Positions 45,954 through 56,947 of a stretch of DNA of 64,000 nt are shown in pieces. The stretch's first letter is position 1. Each line of letters begins with the position of its first letter. The notes under the pieces are model-generated. The model saw nothing but the letters and a program-made list of their open reading frames with translations, did no database searches and was not told where the DNA came from. Both the position numbers and the translations under genes were made by a program. This stretch comes from Eledone cirrhosa (lineage: Eukaryota), in contig OZ024742.1 of the NCBI GenBank assembly GCA_964016885.1, forward strand, positions 31,062,001-31,126,000. Direction: 5' to 3'.

Positions 45954-46925
45954 CTAGCAGTAAAGCCCGGCGTTGCTCGGGGTCGCTCAGTAGCTGTGTT
46001 AAAGTTACAATGTTAAGTTTCTTTCTTGGCTTAAAAACTGTAGTGTCTACTGTGCAGACTTGCATGTGGTGTTTTTGATTAATATTCCCTCAACCAACAA
46101 TATGCCTTATGAAGTTAAGAAAACATAACGATAACCCGAATGTTATAACAAAAGAGGATGCTGGGGATAGAAACTGCACTGGTTATTTATTAACAAAGAT
46201 CGAAAATGTAAACACTGCAACGCAGAGAAAAACATTAGCGTAACCAAATTATCAGTTATGTCTGTCTGCACGCCTATATCACCTCTCTGCACGACTGTCT
46301 GTCTGCACGCCTATATCACCTCTCTGCACGACTGTCTGTCTGCACGCCTATATCACCTCTCTGCACGACTGTCTGTCTGCACGCCTATATCACCTCTCTG
46401 CACGAATGTCTGTCTGCACGCGTATATCACCTCTCTGCACGACTGTCTGTCTGCACGCCTAACGACGAAATATTTGCTTGTTTTACGTAGTCTTTAAATA
46501 GACTTGTTTTCAAGTAAGAATATTGTTTTAAAATGCTTTTAAATGGAAATGAAGCAAAACGGAAGCTTAGTGTTCGAACTGATGAATTTTGCAGGTCAAT
46601 ATTTTGCTGGCTCGACGACAACTGTTCGTGTATTGTGTTAATGTCATTTTAAACGCTGAGAAAGCCAGCGTAATTTTTTACATAAGAAGCTCAATGTAAA
46701 CAGAACAAAGGGAAATAACTGATAACTTACGCTCAAAAATCGATACATTATATTCGATTTCGTCACATAGGGTGGGTCAATTTGAAATATTTTTTTTCCG
46801 ATGTCTTCGCTAGGGCTCAATGTACAAGTATAGCAATTTCGGTGCAATTCCGTGAGAGATTCTAAGAGGAGATGTGTGCCAAAAATCGATAGACAGACAG
46901 ACAACCACAGTTTTATATATATAGA
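45954..46925 (-). mobile_element. Non-autonomous Helitron
   Basis: The minus strand starts A|TCTATATATATAAAACTGTGGTTGTCTGTCTG and ends with hairpin CCCGAGCAACGCCGGG then CTAG|T. It sits at an AT site with no TSD. Confidence 0.8.
46259..46461. repeat. 37-bp minisatellite (about 5.5 copies) inside the Helitron
   Basis: Unit TGTCTGTCTGCACGCCTATATCACCTCTCTGCACGAC. Confidence 0.92.
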
Positions 46926-46934
46926 TGTATTATT

Positions 46935-47119
46935 GGATTGACAGTATCGATAGAGGGCTGGACGCCAAATTTCGCCTTATAGAGTTACAGCCCTTAACAT
47001 TCTGAGTTCAAATCCCGCCGAGGTTAACTTTGCCTTTCATCTTTACGGGGTAGATAAAATAAAGTACCAGTAATGCACTGGGGTAATTGCTGGCCTTGTG
47101 CCAAAAGTAGAAACAATTA
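46935..47119 (+). mobile_element. tRNA-derived SINE (family A)
   Basis: A-box-like TGACAGTATCGA, B-box GAGTTCAAATCC, body TTTGCCTTTCATC..GATAAAATAAAGTACCAGT; multiple copies in the window. Confidence 0.75.
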
Positions 47120-47374
47120 TTTACAATTTCCGTGTAGACCAGCCTCTCTCTTGGGGGCGCTGAGGGTATTAAAGGTGCAGTGGTCCAAAAGTTTGAGAAC
47201 CTCTGGTTTAAATGATATCTGATGTCATTTTGAATTACCACCATTATTTCTTATTACTTTGAACCCACTCAAGACTTCATGCTGCCAAATATGTCTTCTT
47301 GTAGGATACAGTTAGCTATGGACTTGTAGCCTTATCAACCTCATTCTCTCTTGAATAAAGTTGCTTTTATGATA

Positions 47375-47795
47375 TTCCTTACAGCAATGAAGTATGATAT
47401 CCTTACAGTAATAACATATGATATCCTTACAATAATAACATATGATATCCTTACAGTCATAAAACATGATATCCTTACAACAATGAAGTATGATATCCTT
47501 ACAGCAATAACATATGATATCCTTACAGAATAACATATGATATCCTGACAGTAATGAAACACGATGCCCTTATGTTACTAAAACATGGTATCCTTACAAT
47601 AATAAACAGAATATCCTTCAGTGAGAACACATGATATCCTTACAATAACAAAACAGGATACCCTTACAGTAATGAAACAGGATATCCTTACAACAATAAC
47701 AATGCTATCCTTACAGTAATAACACTCGATATCCTTAAAGTAATAACACAGGATATCCTTACAATAATACAGAATGGTTTCCTTACAGTAATAAA
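47375..47795. repeat. 24-bp minisatellite
   Basis: Unit about ATGATATCCTTACAGTAATAACAT, degenerating to the right. Confidence 0.9.
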
Positions 47796-48262
47796 ATACA
47801 AATTATTAAAAGAAAAACTACAAAAAGGCAACAAAAGAGAATATAAAATCCAACCAAGATATGATGTAGGATATCGACGGGAAGGTCAGCAACATGTTTG
47901 ATGTTTTTATAGCAAACATGGAATCGAAGTATTAAATGAAAGGTTCGATGTGAATAAGTTACAACTTGTATGTCATATCAACTTCCTCACCCACTTTAAG
48001 ACACTATTGACTCAACCCTATTGATTTTTACATGAAAAACAAACCCGTTTTATTTTCTTTGAAAACAGCAGTTAAACAACTTTACATGGTGACAACGCTC
48101 AAAAAGTCACACGCTTTAACCACAATTTCAATAAAATTCGATCGAAGAACATTTAATGTACAAGCTGGTGATTGTTATGAAAGAAAATAGATTGGGTGTT
48201 AAATAAATGGAGACGAAGCAAATAGACAAAAGGGCAGAGAGATAATCAGCGATTAAACACCT

Positions 48263-48329
<67 letters not shown>

Positions 48330-48406
48330 CACACACACACATACACACACACACACACACACACAGACACACACACAGACACACATACACACATATATAG
48401 CTTTTA

Positions 48407-48601
48407 CGAGAGTCGACTGAAAAGGTCATAGGCTGCCCAAGATACTCTCATGGTATAACAAAATAAAGTTTATTTTTCAACATAGGCCCTGGAAAAAAAA
48501 TGCAGTTATTAATAAGAAGAGTTGAAATTAATGCATGCAAGATTTCACAGCTCTAGCATCACTTCTTCACAGTCAGCCTATGACGTTTCAAGCCACCCTC
48601 G
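48407..48601. mobile_element. Mariner-type MITE
   Basis: TA|CGAGAGTCGACTGAAAAGGTCATAGGCTG ... CAGCCTATGACGTTTCAAGCCACCCTCG|TA: imperfect ~29-bp TIRs and a TA TSD. Confidence 0.75.
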
Positions 48602-48805
48602 TAAACTTTATAGCTTAGATTATAGGAAATAGTTTAAGTTCAATGGGAAATTGAGTTTATTGAGGAGAAAAGTAGACAATTGACACGCCGACAGTGGGAA
48701 GAATCTTCGATCTGTTGCCACCGCAAATTCAATTCATGGTTATATTATACATTATACATTATACAAATACAGGATGTTTTCGGCTGGAATACGTCTATTT
48801 GATTA

Positions 48806-49277
48806 TACGTCTAATTGATCAAGGCTGATCTTGGGTTCATTAATAATTAAATATTCGAGTAATACTCTTAACGTAAATCTCAGGGAGATTCAGAATGACA
48901 CATTATGTGATAAGGCTGGTCCTTTGAATTACCGGTACAGTCCAGACGACGGGCTTCCAAACAGTTTCCGTCTACCATATTTACTCATAAGGCATGGGTT
49001 TGCCTGAGGCGAATGCGATTTACCAAGTTGCCAAACACGTACAGATATTCTAAACAACTACAGCTCTTCTAAACACCTACAGCTATTCTAAACACCTACA
49101 GCTATTCTAAACATCTACAGCTATTCTAAACACCTACAGCTATAGCTGTGGTAATTCAAAGGAACAGCCTTATCACATACTGTGTCATTCTGAATCTCCC
49201 TGAGATTTACGTGAAGAGTATTACTCGAATATTTAATTATTAATGAGACCAAGATCAGCCTTGATCAATTAGACGTA
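48806..49277. repeat. ~127-bp inverted repeat pair (48806-48932 / 49150-49277)
   Basis: TACGTCTAATTGATCAAGGCTGATC...CCTTTGAATTACC and its reverse complement, with a few mismatches. Confidence 0.85.
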
Positions 49278-51155
49278 TGTATTCTAAACACCTATTCTAA
49301 ACACCAACAGCTATTCTAAACACCTACAACTATTCTAAACACCTACAACTATTCTAAACACCTACAGCTATTCTAAACACCTACATATACTCTAAACACC
49401 TACAGCTATTCAAAACACCTACAGATACTCTAAACACCTACAGCTATTCTAAACATATACAGCTATTCTAAACACCTACAGCTATTCTAAATACATACAG
49501 ATACTCTAAACATCTACAGCTATTCTAAAAACCTATAGCTCTTCTAAACACCTACAGCTATTCTAAACACCTATAGCTCTTCTAAACACCTACAGCTATT
49601 CTAAACACCCACAGCTATTCTAAACACCTATAGCTCTTCTAAACACCTACAGCTATTCTAAACACCTATAGCTCTTCTAAACACCTACAGCTATTCTAAA
49701 CACCTACAGCTATTCTAAACACCTATAGCTCTTCTAAACACCTACAGATACTCTAAACACCTACAGCTATTCTAAACACCTACAGCTATTCTAAACATAT
49801 ACAGCTATTCTAAACACCTACAGCTATTCTAACTACATACAAATACTCTAAATACATGCAGCTATTCTAAACACCTACAGCTATTCTAACTACATACAGA
49901 TACTCTAAATACATACAGCTATTCTAAACACCTACAGCTATTCTAAATACATACAGATACTCTAAACACCTACAGCTATTCTAAACACCTACAACTATTC
50001 TAAACACCTACAACTATTCTAAACACCTACAGCTATTCTAAACACCTACATATACTCTAAACACCTACAGCTATTCAAAACACCTACAGATACTCTAAAC
50101 ACCTACAGCTATTCTAAACATATACAGCTATTCTAAACACCTACAGCTATTCTAAATACATACAGATACTCTAATCATCTACAGCTATTCTAAACACCTA
50201 TAGCTCTTCTAAACACCTACAGCTATTCTAAACACCTATAGCTCTTCTAAACACCTACAGCTATTCTAAACACCTACAGCTATTCTAAACACCTATAGCT
50301 CTTCTAAACACCTACAGTTATTCTAAACACCTATAGCTCTTCTAAACACCTACAGCTATTCTAAACACCTACAGCTATTCTAAACACCTATAGCTCTTCT
50401 AAACACCTACAACTATTCTAAACACCTACAGCTATTCTAAACACCTACAGCTCTTCTAAACACCTACAGCTATTCTAAACACCTACAGGTATTCTAAACA
50501 CCTACAGATACTCTAAACACCTACAGCTATTCTAAACACCTACAGCTATTCTAAACAGATACAGCTATTCTAAACACCTACAGCTATTCTAACTACATAC
50601 GGATACTCTAAATACATACAGCTATTCTAAACACCTACAGCTATTCTAAACCCCTACATCTATTCTAAACCCCTACGGCTATTCTAAACCCCTACATCTA
50701 TTCTAAACCCCTACAGATACTCTAAACACCTACAGCTATTCTAAATACATACAGATACTCTAAACACCTACAGCTATTCTAAATACATACAGATACTCTA
50801 AACACCTACAAATACTCTAAACACCTACAGCTATTCAAAACACCTACAGCTATTCTAAACACCTACAGCTATTCTAAACACCTACAGCTATTCTAAACAT
50901 ATACAGCTATTCTAAACACCTACAGCTATTCTAACTACATACAGATACTCTAAATACATACAGCTATTCTAAACACCTACAACTATTCTAAATACATACA
51001 GATACTCTAAACACCTACAGCTATTCTAAACACCTACAGCTATTCTAAATACATACAGATACTCTAAACACCTACAGATACTCTAAACACCTACAGCTAT
51101 TCTAAACACATACTGATATTCGAAACATATAGATATACTAAACAGCTATTCTAAA
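49040..51155. repeat. 19-bp minisatellite (AGCTATTCTAAACACCTAC)n, about 100 copies
   Basis: Seen directly; interrupted at about 49146-49278. Confidence 0.95.
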
Positions 51156-51630
51156 GACCTTTTTTTTTAGTTCTGTAATTCCTGATGGAATCGTAGGGGT
51201 AGCGCATTAAAATACGGCGTTTCTGGGACATTTTTCTTTAAACCTTGGAGAACTAATCTCCTTTCCATGTCTGACTACAGCAGATTTCTTTCAGAGAAGG
51301 ATAGAGAGTGGGAGAATGGAAGTGAGAAAGAGATATAGAAGAAGAATTGGCCCCAGTACAAGACTGGTCATTTTTTTTATCGAATTCGAATGAATGACAG
51401 GCAAAATTGACCTCAGTAGCAACATCAAGGATCTCACTAAATCCATATATTGTTCTGGGTTAAGCATATGATGACTGCAAGGGAATAACAGATACCTTGT
51501 GACCCTATCCACTATGGTTGCTTTCACCGTGATCCTTGGAAGAACCTAATAAAGGAACCTATACATAATCATGAAATCTCCAGCAAATAGCAGAGACATT
51601 TTCTTTAAATCACATCTTATTTTATAACTT

Positions 51631-51900
51631 AGGCGGCGAATTGGCAGAGTTGTTAGAGCGTCTGATAGAATGCTTTGTGGTATTTCTTTTGGCTCTCTGC
51701 TCTCTGAGTTCAAATCCTGCTAAGGTCAACTTTGCCCTTCATCCATTTGAGGTCAATAAAAAAAGTACCAGTCAATTACTAGGGTTGATTCTTCCTCTAT
51801 ATCTCTTTCTCACTTCTTTTCTCTCACTCTCTATACTTCTCTGGAAGAAATCTTCTGTATTCAGGCCTGGAGAAGAGATGGGCTCCACCAGGTTTTAAAA
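51631..51900 (+). mobile_element. SINE family A with an extended pyrimidine-rich tail
   Basis: GGCGGCGAATTGGCAGAG..GAGTTCAAATCC..AAGTACCAGT, followed by a tail shared with 55625-55735. An inverted partial copy lies at about 51172-51420. Confidence 0.65.
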
Positions 51901-51914
51901 TGCCTCAGAAAAAA

Positions 51915-52794
51915 ACCTCCCTACTCATCACCACCATTGGCACGGAGTTGGTTACCCGCAGGTGTGAGCCTCATTAGCTGGAATGGCTCTTCCAATGCGT
52001 CTCTCTCACCATACTCAGGGGAAATACCTTCTTTATTGTCTCCGCTGGGGAGAGATGGGGAGAGCGAGAGAGACGGAGGCAGTGACAATTCTATTATGTT
52101 CAGTCCTTGTTAGGAACTTATTTATAACCTATATAGTTTCCTTATTGCCATTATAATAGAGTTTCTACTTTTGGCACAAGGCCAGCAATTACCCCAGTGC
52201 ATTACTGGTACTTTATTTTATCGATCTCGTAAGGATGAAAAGCAAAGTTAACCTCGGCGGATTTTTGTCATTATAATAGAGCTAGTAATTAATGCTCCGT
52301 GAAACATATACACAAGGTCCAAACACAAAAGAACCAAACTCCCACTGCCTATGTCTCTCTCGCTCTTCCCATCTCTCACTATTATGAGCAAATGGGAACC
52401 CACGCGCTGGCTGCCCTGCGGCCCCGGCGGACAGAGTAGAGAAGGCATTTCCCTGGAGGATGATAAGGGAGACGCGCTTAAAAAAAGATTTTACCATAGA
52501 TTAGTTTGGTAAAAAGATTTACCAAACTAATCTATAAAAGTGGAAAGTATTGCGAAAACACAACACTTTATTTCGTGGAAGACAAATAAAGAAAGAGAAA
52601 CTAACATTACACAAACTCTTTGAAAATAAGGGTGCCAGAAAGAAATAAGTGAAGATGGTGCAGTCCTGAATATGATAGATTCAATAAATGGAAATACATC
52701 AGTGACTATGGCAATATTAAATATACCATTCCAGCTGGCGAGGCTCACACCTGCGGGTAGCCAACTCTAGGCCGATGGTGGTGAGTAGGGAGGT
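51915..52794. mobile_element. Foldback/MITE-like element with long interrupted inverted arms
   Basis: 51915-51986 vs 52726-52794, ~51997-52050 vs ~52422-52476 and ~52051-52084 vs ~52343-52376 are reverse complements. Confidence 0.65.
52162..52264 (-). mobile_element. 5'-truncated SINE family A with a 17-bp TSD
   Basis: Flanked by TTGCCATTATAATAGAG (52145-52161) and TTGTCATTATAATAGAG (52265-52281). Confidence 0.8.
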
Positions 52795-53096
52795 GGTCCT
52801 AGGGCCAAGGACACCAGAAGTCCCCCCCCCCCACACACACACTACACAATACATCACACCTTGACAGATAGAACACAACATATATACACACATAAAGTCT
52901 CCACTGCCAAAGTATCTCTAATGAATTATTAATGACGCATGTAAAATGAAGGAGACATACTTTAAGACAACACACTTTACTTTCAAAGTCCTTTACTTAA
53001 GAGACAAACAAACCGGAAGTACTTTTATCTACTTGGGTAGTGGTGTTGCTCATAACACATTTCTTTTATTTCAACAATGGTTGCACGTTGATCACA

Positions 53097-53550
53097 TTGT
53101 TGTTGTTGTCGTTGTTGTTGGTGGTGTTGATGTTGTTGTTGTCGTCGTTGTTATTGTTGTCGTTGTTGTTGTTATTGTTATGGTTGTTGTTGTTGGTATT
53201 GTTATTGAAGTCGTTGTTGTTTGTATTGTTGTTGATGTTGTGGTTGTTGTTGTCGTCGTTGTTGTTGTTGCAGGTGGTGCTTTTGGCTGTGGTTATAGCT
53301 CGCATAATTGAGGGTGGTAGCTGGTAGTAGTGGCAGTGGTTGTGGTGGTGGTGGTGGTGGTGGTGGTGGGGGCAGTGGTTGTGGAGGGGGAAGTGGTTGT
53401 GGTGGGGGCAGTGGTTATAATAGTGGTTGTGATGGTGTTGATTGTGTTGGTCACGGTCGTAATGGCTTTTGTCGTAATGTAAGTACTTGTGGTGTATGTG
53501 GTTGTGTTAGTAATGGTGGTAGGGATGGTAGTGGTGGTTGTAGTGGTGGT
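53097..53550. repeat. Imperfect (GTT)n followed by (GGT)n trinucleotide repeats
   Basis: Seen directly in the sequence. Confidence 0.9.
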
Positions 53551-54120
53551 GCACACACACGCAGACACATACAATCAGAACACAAACACTCACAGCACAA
53601 ATACACACACAATTGCACACGAACAGTCACATACACACAAACACACGCACAAATACATACAAACACACACATACATACAAAAAATGCACAAAAAATTAGA
53701 ATACACAGCAAACCCCCCAATTTTACATATCAAAGTTAGCTTAGTGCAAGTAATTATACATACAGGTATTAAATTCAAAAATTCTAACCATCCTAAAATT
53801 AAAAAGCTCAGCTGAGGGCGCAAATAGATTGCTACGGTCGCCACTGCTGGGGACCCGGGGCAATTGTCCCCTTCCCCACAATTAAATCTGGCTCTGACAT
53901 ACACACAAATACACACAAACACACACACGCACACACAATACACAGAAAGACACACAAATACACGCAGACAGACACGCAATTGCATACACACTTACAGACA
54001 AACACACAGGTACCTCTAACGATATTTGTTGCTGTTTCGTTTCTTTTCATTTCATCTTTACAAAGATGTGAACATCTCACTCTACCAACTCACATCCTGT
54101 TGTCTTTTTATTTCATTTAA

Positions 54121-54351
54121 CCCTTTAGCATTTAAACCGGCCATATCTGGACAGAATTCTCTCACCTCTTTCTGTTAAAATCGGCTGTAACCGGCCATAA
54201 CTGGCCGCTCATATTAATTTTAAGATATTGTTCTCAAAATAAATGACATCAAAATCTCATAGATTTGATATTATGTGAGATAATTATGTAAGGTAAAGCC
54301 TTTTCCGTGAAAATACAATAGTATATATAGAGTAATGTGAATACTAAAGGG
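54121..54351. mobile_element. piggyBac-type MITE
   Basis: TTAA|CCCTTTAGCATT ... AATACTAAAGGG|TTAA: TTAA TSD and 12-bp TIRs with one mismatch. Confidence 0.8.
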
Positions 54352-54440
54352 TTAATGTCGTACATACAGACACGTTACGTCTACAATCGTAGAGTAGAGT
54401 CATAATATTTAAGATCTCTGAGACTGGAGTAATAATAACA

Positions 54441-54646
54441 GTTTCTGATTTAGACACAAGGTCAGCAATTTTGGGGGAGGGAAAAGTCAATTAAATCGAC
54501 TCCAGTGCATTGCTGGTACTTTATTTTATCGACCCCGTAAGGATGAAAAGCAAAGCAGGATTTGAACTCAGAAGATAAAGGGCTGTAACTTTATGCCGTA
54601 AAGCATGTCGGACGCTCTACCGATTCTACTGGAAATCCAGCGCCCT
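54441..54646 (-). mobile_element. SINE family A
   Basis: Reverse complement of the 46935 and 61941 copies, including the B-box (GGATTTGAACTC on the plus strand). Confidence 0.75.
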
Positions 54647-54859
54647 TAGACTGGTTATATAATCTAGAATCTTTGTATCTCAGTCGACCTGGTCCACGAG
54701 GGGACGGGGGACTTTCCTTAAGTCCCATTTATAGTGGTGGCATATGGAATAGATTTACTTTCAGAAAAAAAGTTATTGTAAAAGAATTTTTTTTAAATAC
54801 AAGAGAGACTATATTAAGCAATTAAAACAAATCTAAAACTTTATAGAATCTGTGTCAAA

Positions 54860-55235
54860 TCGTAAGATATAGCATCAGTCTCCTGACGTACGTTATGACA
54901 TCTGTTTCTTGTCATAAGATATACCACCTGTCTCTAGTCATACGATATAGCATCTGTGGCTAGTCGTACGGTATAGCATCTGTCACTAGTCATAAGATAT
55001 AGCGTGTCTCTAGTCGTACGGTATAGCATCTGTCACTAGTCATAAGATATATAACATCTGTCTTTAGTCATAAGATATATTATCTATGTCTAGTCATAAA
55101 ATGTAACATCTGTGTCTAATCATAAGATATATTATCTATGTCTAGTCATAAGATATATTATCTATGTCTAGTCATAAAATATAATATCTGTGTTTAGTCA
55201 TAAGACGTATTATCTGTGTCTAGTCATAAAATGTA
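54860..55235. repeat. ~25-bp degenerate minisatellite
   Basis: Unit about CTAGTCATAAGATATA..ATCTGTGT. Confidence 0.8.
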
Positions 55236-55443
55236 TGAAAGTCTAATACAGGAAGTTCTACTGCAAGATTATCTTCTCCCGTCAGTGTGTCGCAGTTCTT
55301 GCAAAGGAAGTCACACAACAATTATAAAGAGGTGAGCTGTATTTGTGTCTCCCTGAATCACACGTGCAGATTTTTAATTTAATTGGTCTTTCAAGAAGGA
55401 GTATGAACAAAAGCATTAGTTTTAGCATACAAAGCCTTATTAT

Positions 55444-55776
55444 TAGGGGCGCCGTAGTGACATATGGTGTTTCTAGGGCCTTCTTTTAAAACCTGGAGGA
55501 GCCTAGTCTGAACACGGCAAATTTCTTCCAGGGAAGGATAGAAAGTGAGAGAAATGAAATGAAAAAGAAATATAGAGCAAGAATTAACTCCAAGGTAAAA
55601 GAGTACCAGTCTAATACTGGAGTCGATTCTTCCTCTATATCTCTTTCGCACTATTTTTCTCTCACTTTCTCGCCTTCTCTGGAAGGAATCTGCTGTATTC
55701 GGACATGGAGAGGATTGGGCTCCGCCAGGTTTTAAAAGTGCAATAGAAATGCCGTATGTCAATATGGCGCCCCTAT
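55444..55776. repeat. ~330-bp imperfect palindrome of SINE-tail-related sequence
   Basis: TAGGGGCGCC..TTTTAAAACCTGG..GATAGAAAGTGAGAGAAA versus TTTCTCTCACTTTC..CCAGGTTTTAAAA..GGCGCCCCTA. Confidence 0.65.
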
Positions 55777-55813
55777 GATTCTATCAGGAGTTACGAAATC
55801 ATGCATGCATGCG

Positions 55814-56230
55814 GACGACTACCCCCTACATCAGAGCTACCCACGGGCTTACAAAGCAACAACACCGGCCCAAAAGCAAGACACAGTGTCACTGGTAAGA
55901 TGTAGTCTTTTGTTATTTTGACGACTACCCCCTACATCAGAGCTACCCACGGGCTTACAAAGCAACAACACCGACCCAAACACAAGACACAGTGTCAATG
56001 GTAAGATGTAGTCATTTGTTATTTTGACGACTACCCCTACATCAGAGCTACCCACGGGCTTACAAAGCAACAACACCGACCCAAACACAAGACACAGTGT
56101 CAATGGTAAGATGTAGTCATTTGTTATTTTGACGACTACCCCTACATCAGAGCTACCCACGGGCTTACAAAGCAACAACACCGACCCAGACACAAGACAC
56201 AAGACACAAGACAGAGTGTTACTGGCAAGA
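55814..56230. repeat. 105/106-bp tandem repeat, about 3.8 copies
   Basis: GACGACTACCCCTACATCAGAGCTACCCACGGGCTTACAAAGC... is repeated. Confidence 0.92.
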
Positions 56231-56659
56231 TTCGAACCAGCAACATGCTTCTTGACTTTCTACATCTCTGTCTTCTCAACCATTACAATTGTTCTATATT
56301 AAAGGAAAATTTATCATAATTGCGTTGCAGTAAAATTCTTTGATTCAGGAAGTAGTTCTGTAGTGTTTGCCGCGAATACGTCAATTGGTTAGCTGCGGTC
56401 AGGTAGGGTCAACAAGATTTTGGTTAAATGCCAGTAATTAAATGGTTAGTTAATTACTTCTTTTCAATGTGTTTCTCTTTTTTGATTTTCTATTTTGTTT
56501 GTTCTTTTTTTTCTTCCCTTTTTTCTTGTATTTTTTTATTGCGAAAAAAACTATTTCTTTGGGCGGGTTGTTTTGTTTTAAATTAGGAAGGAAAGACTTA
56601 AACTTGCCAAAAGGGGCATCTTTGTTAGTGCCAATAATAATATTATTAATAATAATGGG

Positions 56660-56908
56660 TTTTGATTTAGGAACAAGGCCAGCAATTTTTTTATTGGGGT
56701 AAGGGGGGGGGGGGGGGGGAGGAGGAAGCCGATTAAATCAACGCCAGTGCGTGACCAACGCCAGTGCGTGACTGGTACTTTATTTTATCGACCCTCGTAA
56801 GGATGAAAGGCAAAACTAACCTCAGCGGGATTAGAACATTAAGGGACGTCACTACATGCCGCAAAGCATGTTGTCTGACGCTCTACCGATACTGCCAATC
56901 CACCGCCT
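56660..56908 (-). mobile_element. SINE family A
   Basis: Minus-strand head GGCGGTGGATTGGCAGTATCGGTAGAGCGTCAGAC with the same body as the other copies. Confidence 0.75.
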
Positions 56909-56947
56909 TTATTATTATTACCATTATTATTATTATTATTATTATTA

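Noticed and set aside
46935-47020. tRNA genes at A/B-box motifs
   Set aside because: There is no cloverleaf; these are multi-copy SINE heads.
47140-47206. hAT-like terminus GTTTGAGAACCTCTG (also TAAATCTGGCTCTG at about 53884-53897)
   Set aside because: No matching opposite TIR or TSD was found.
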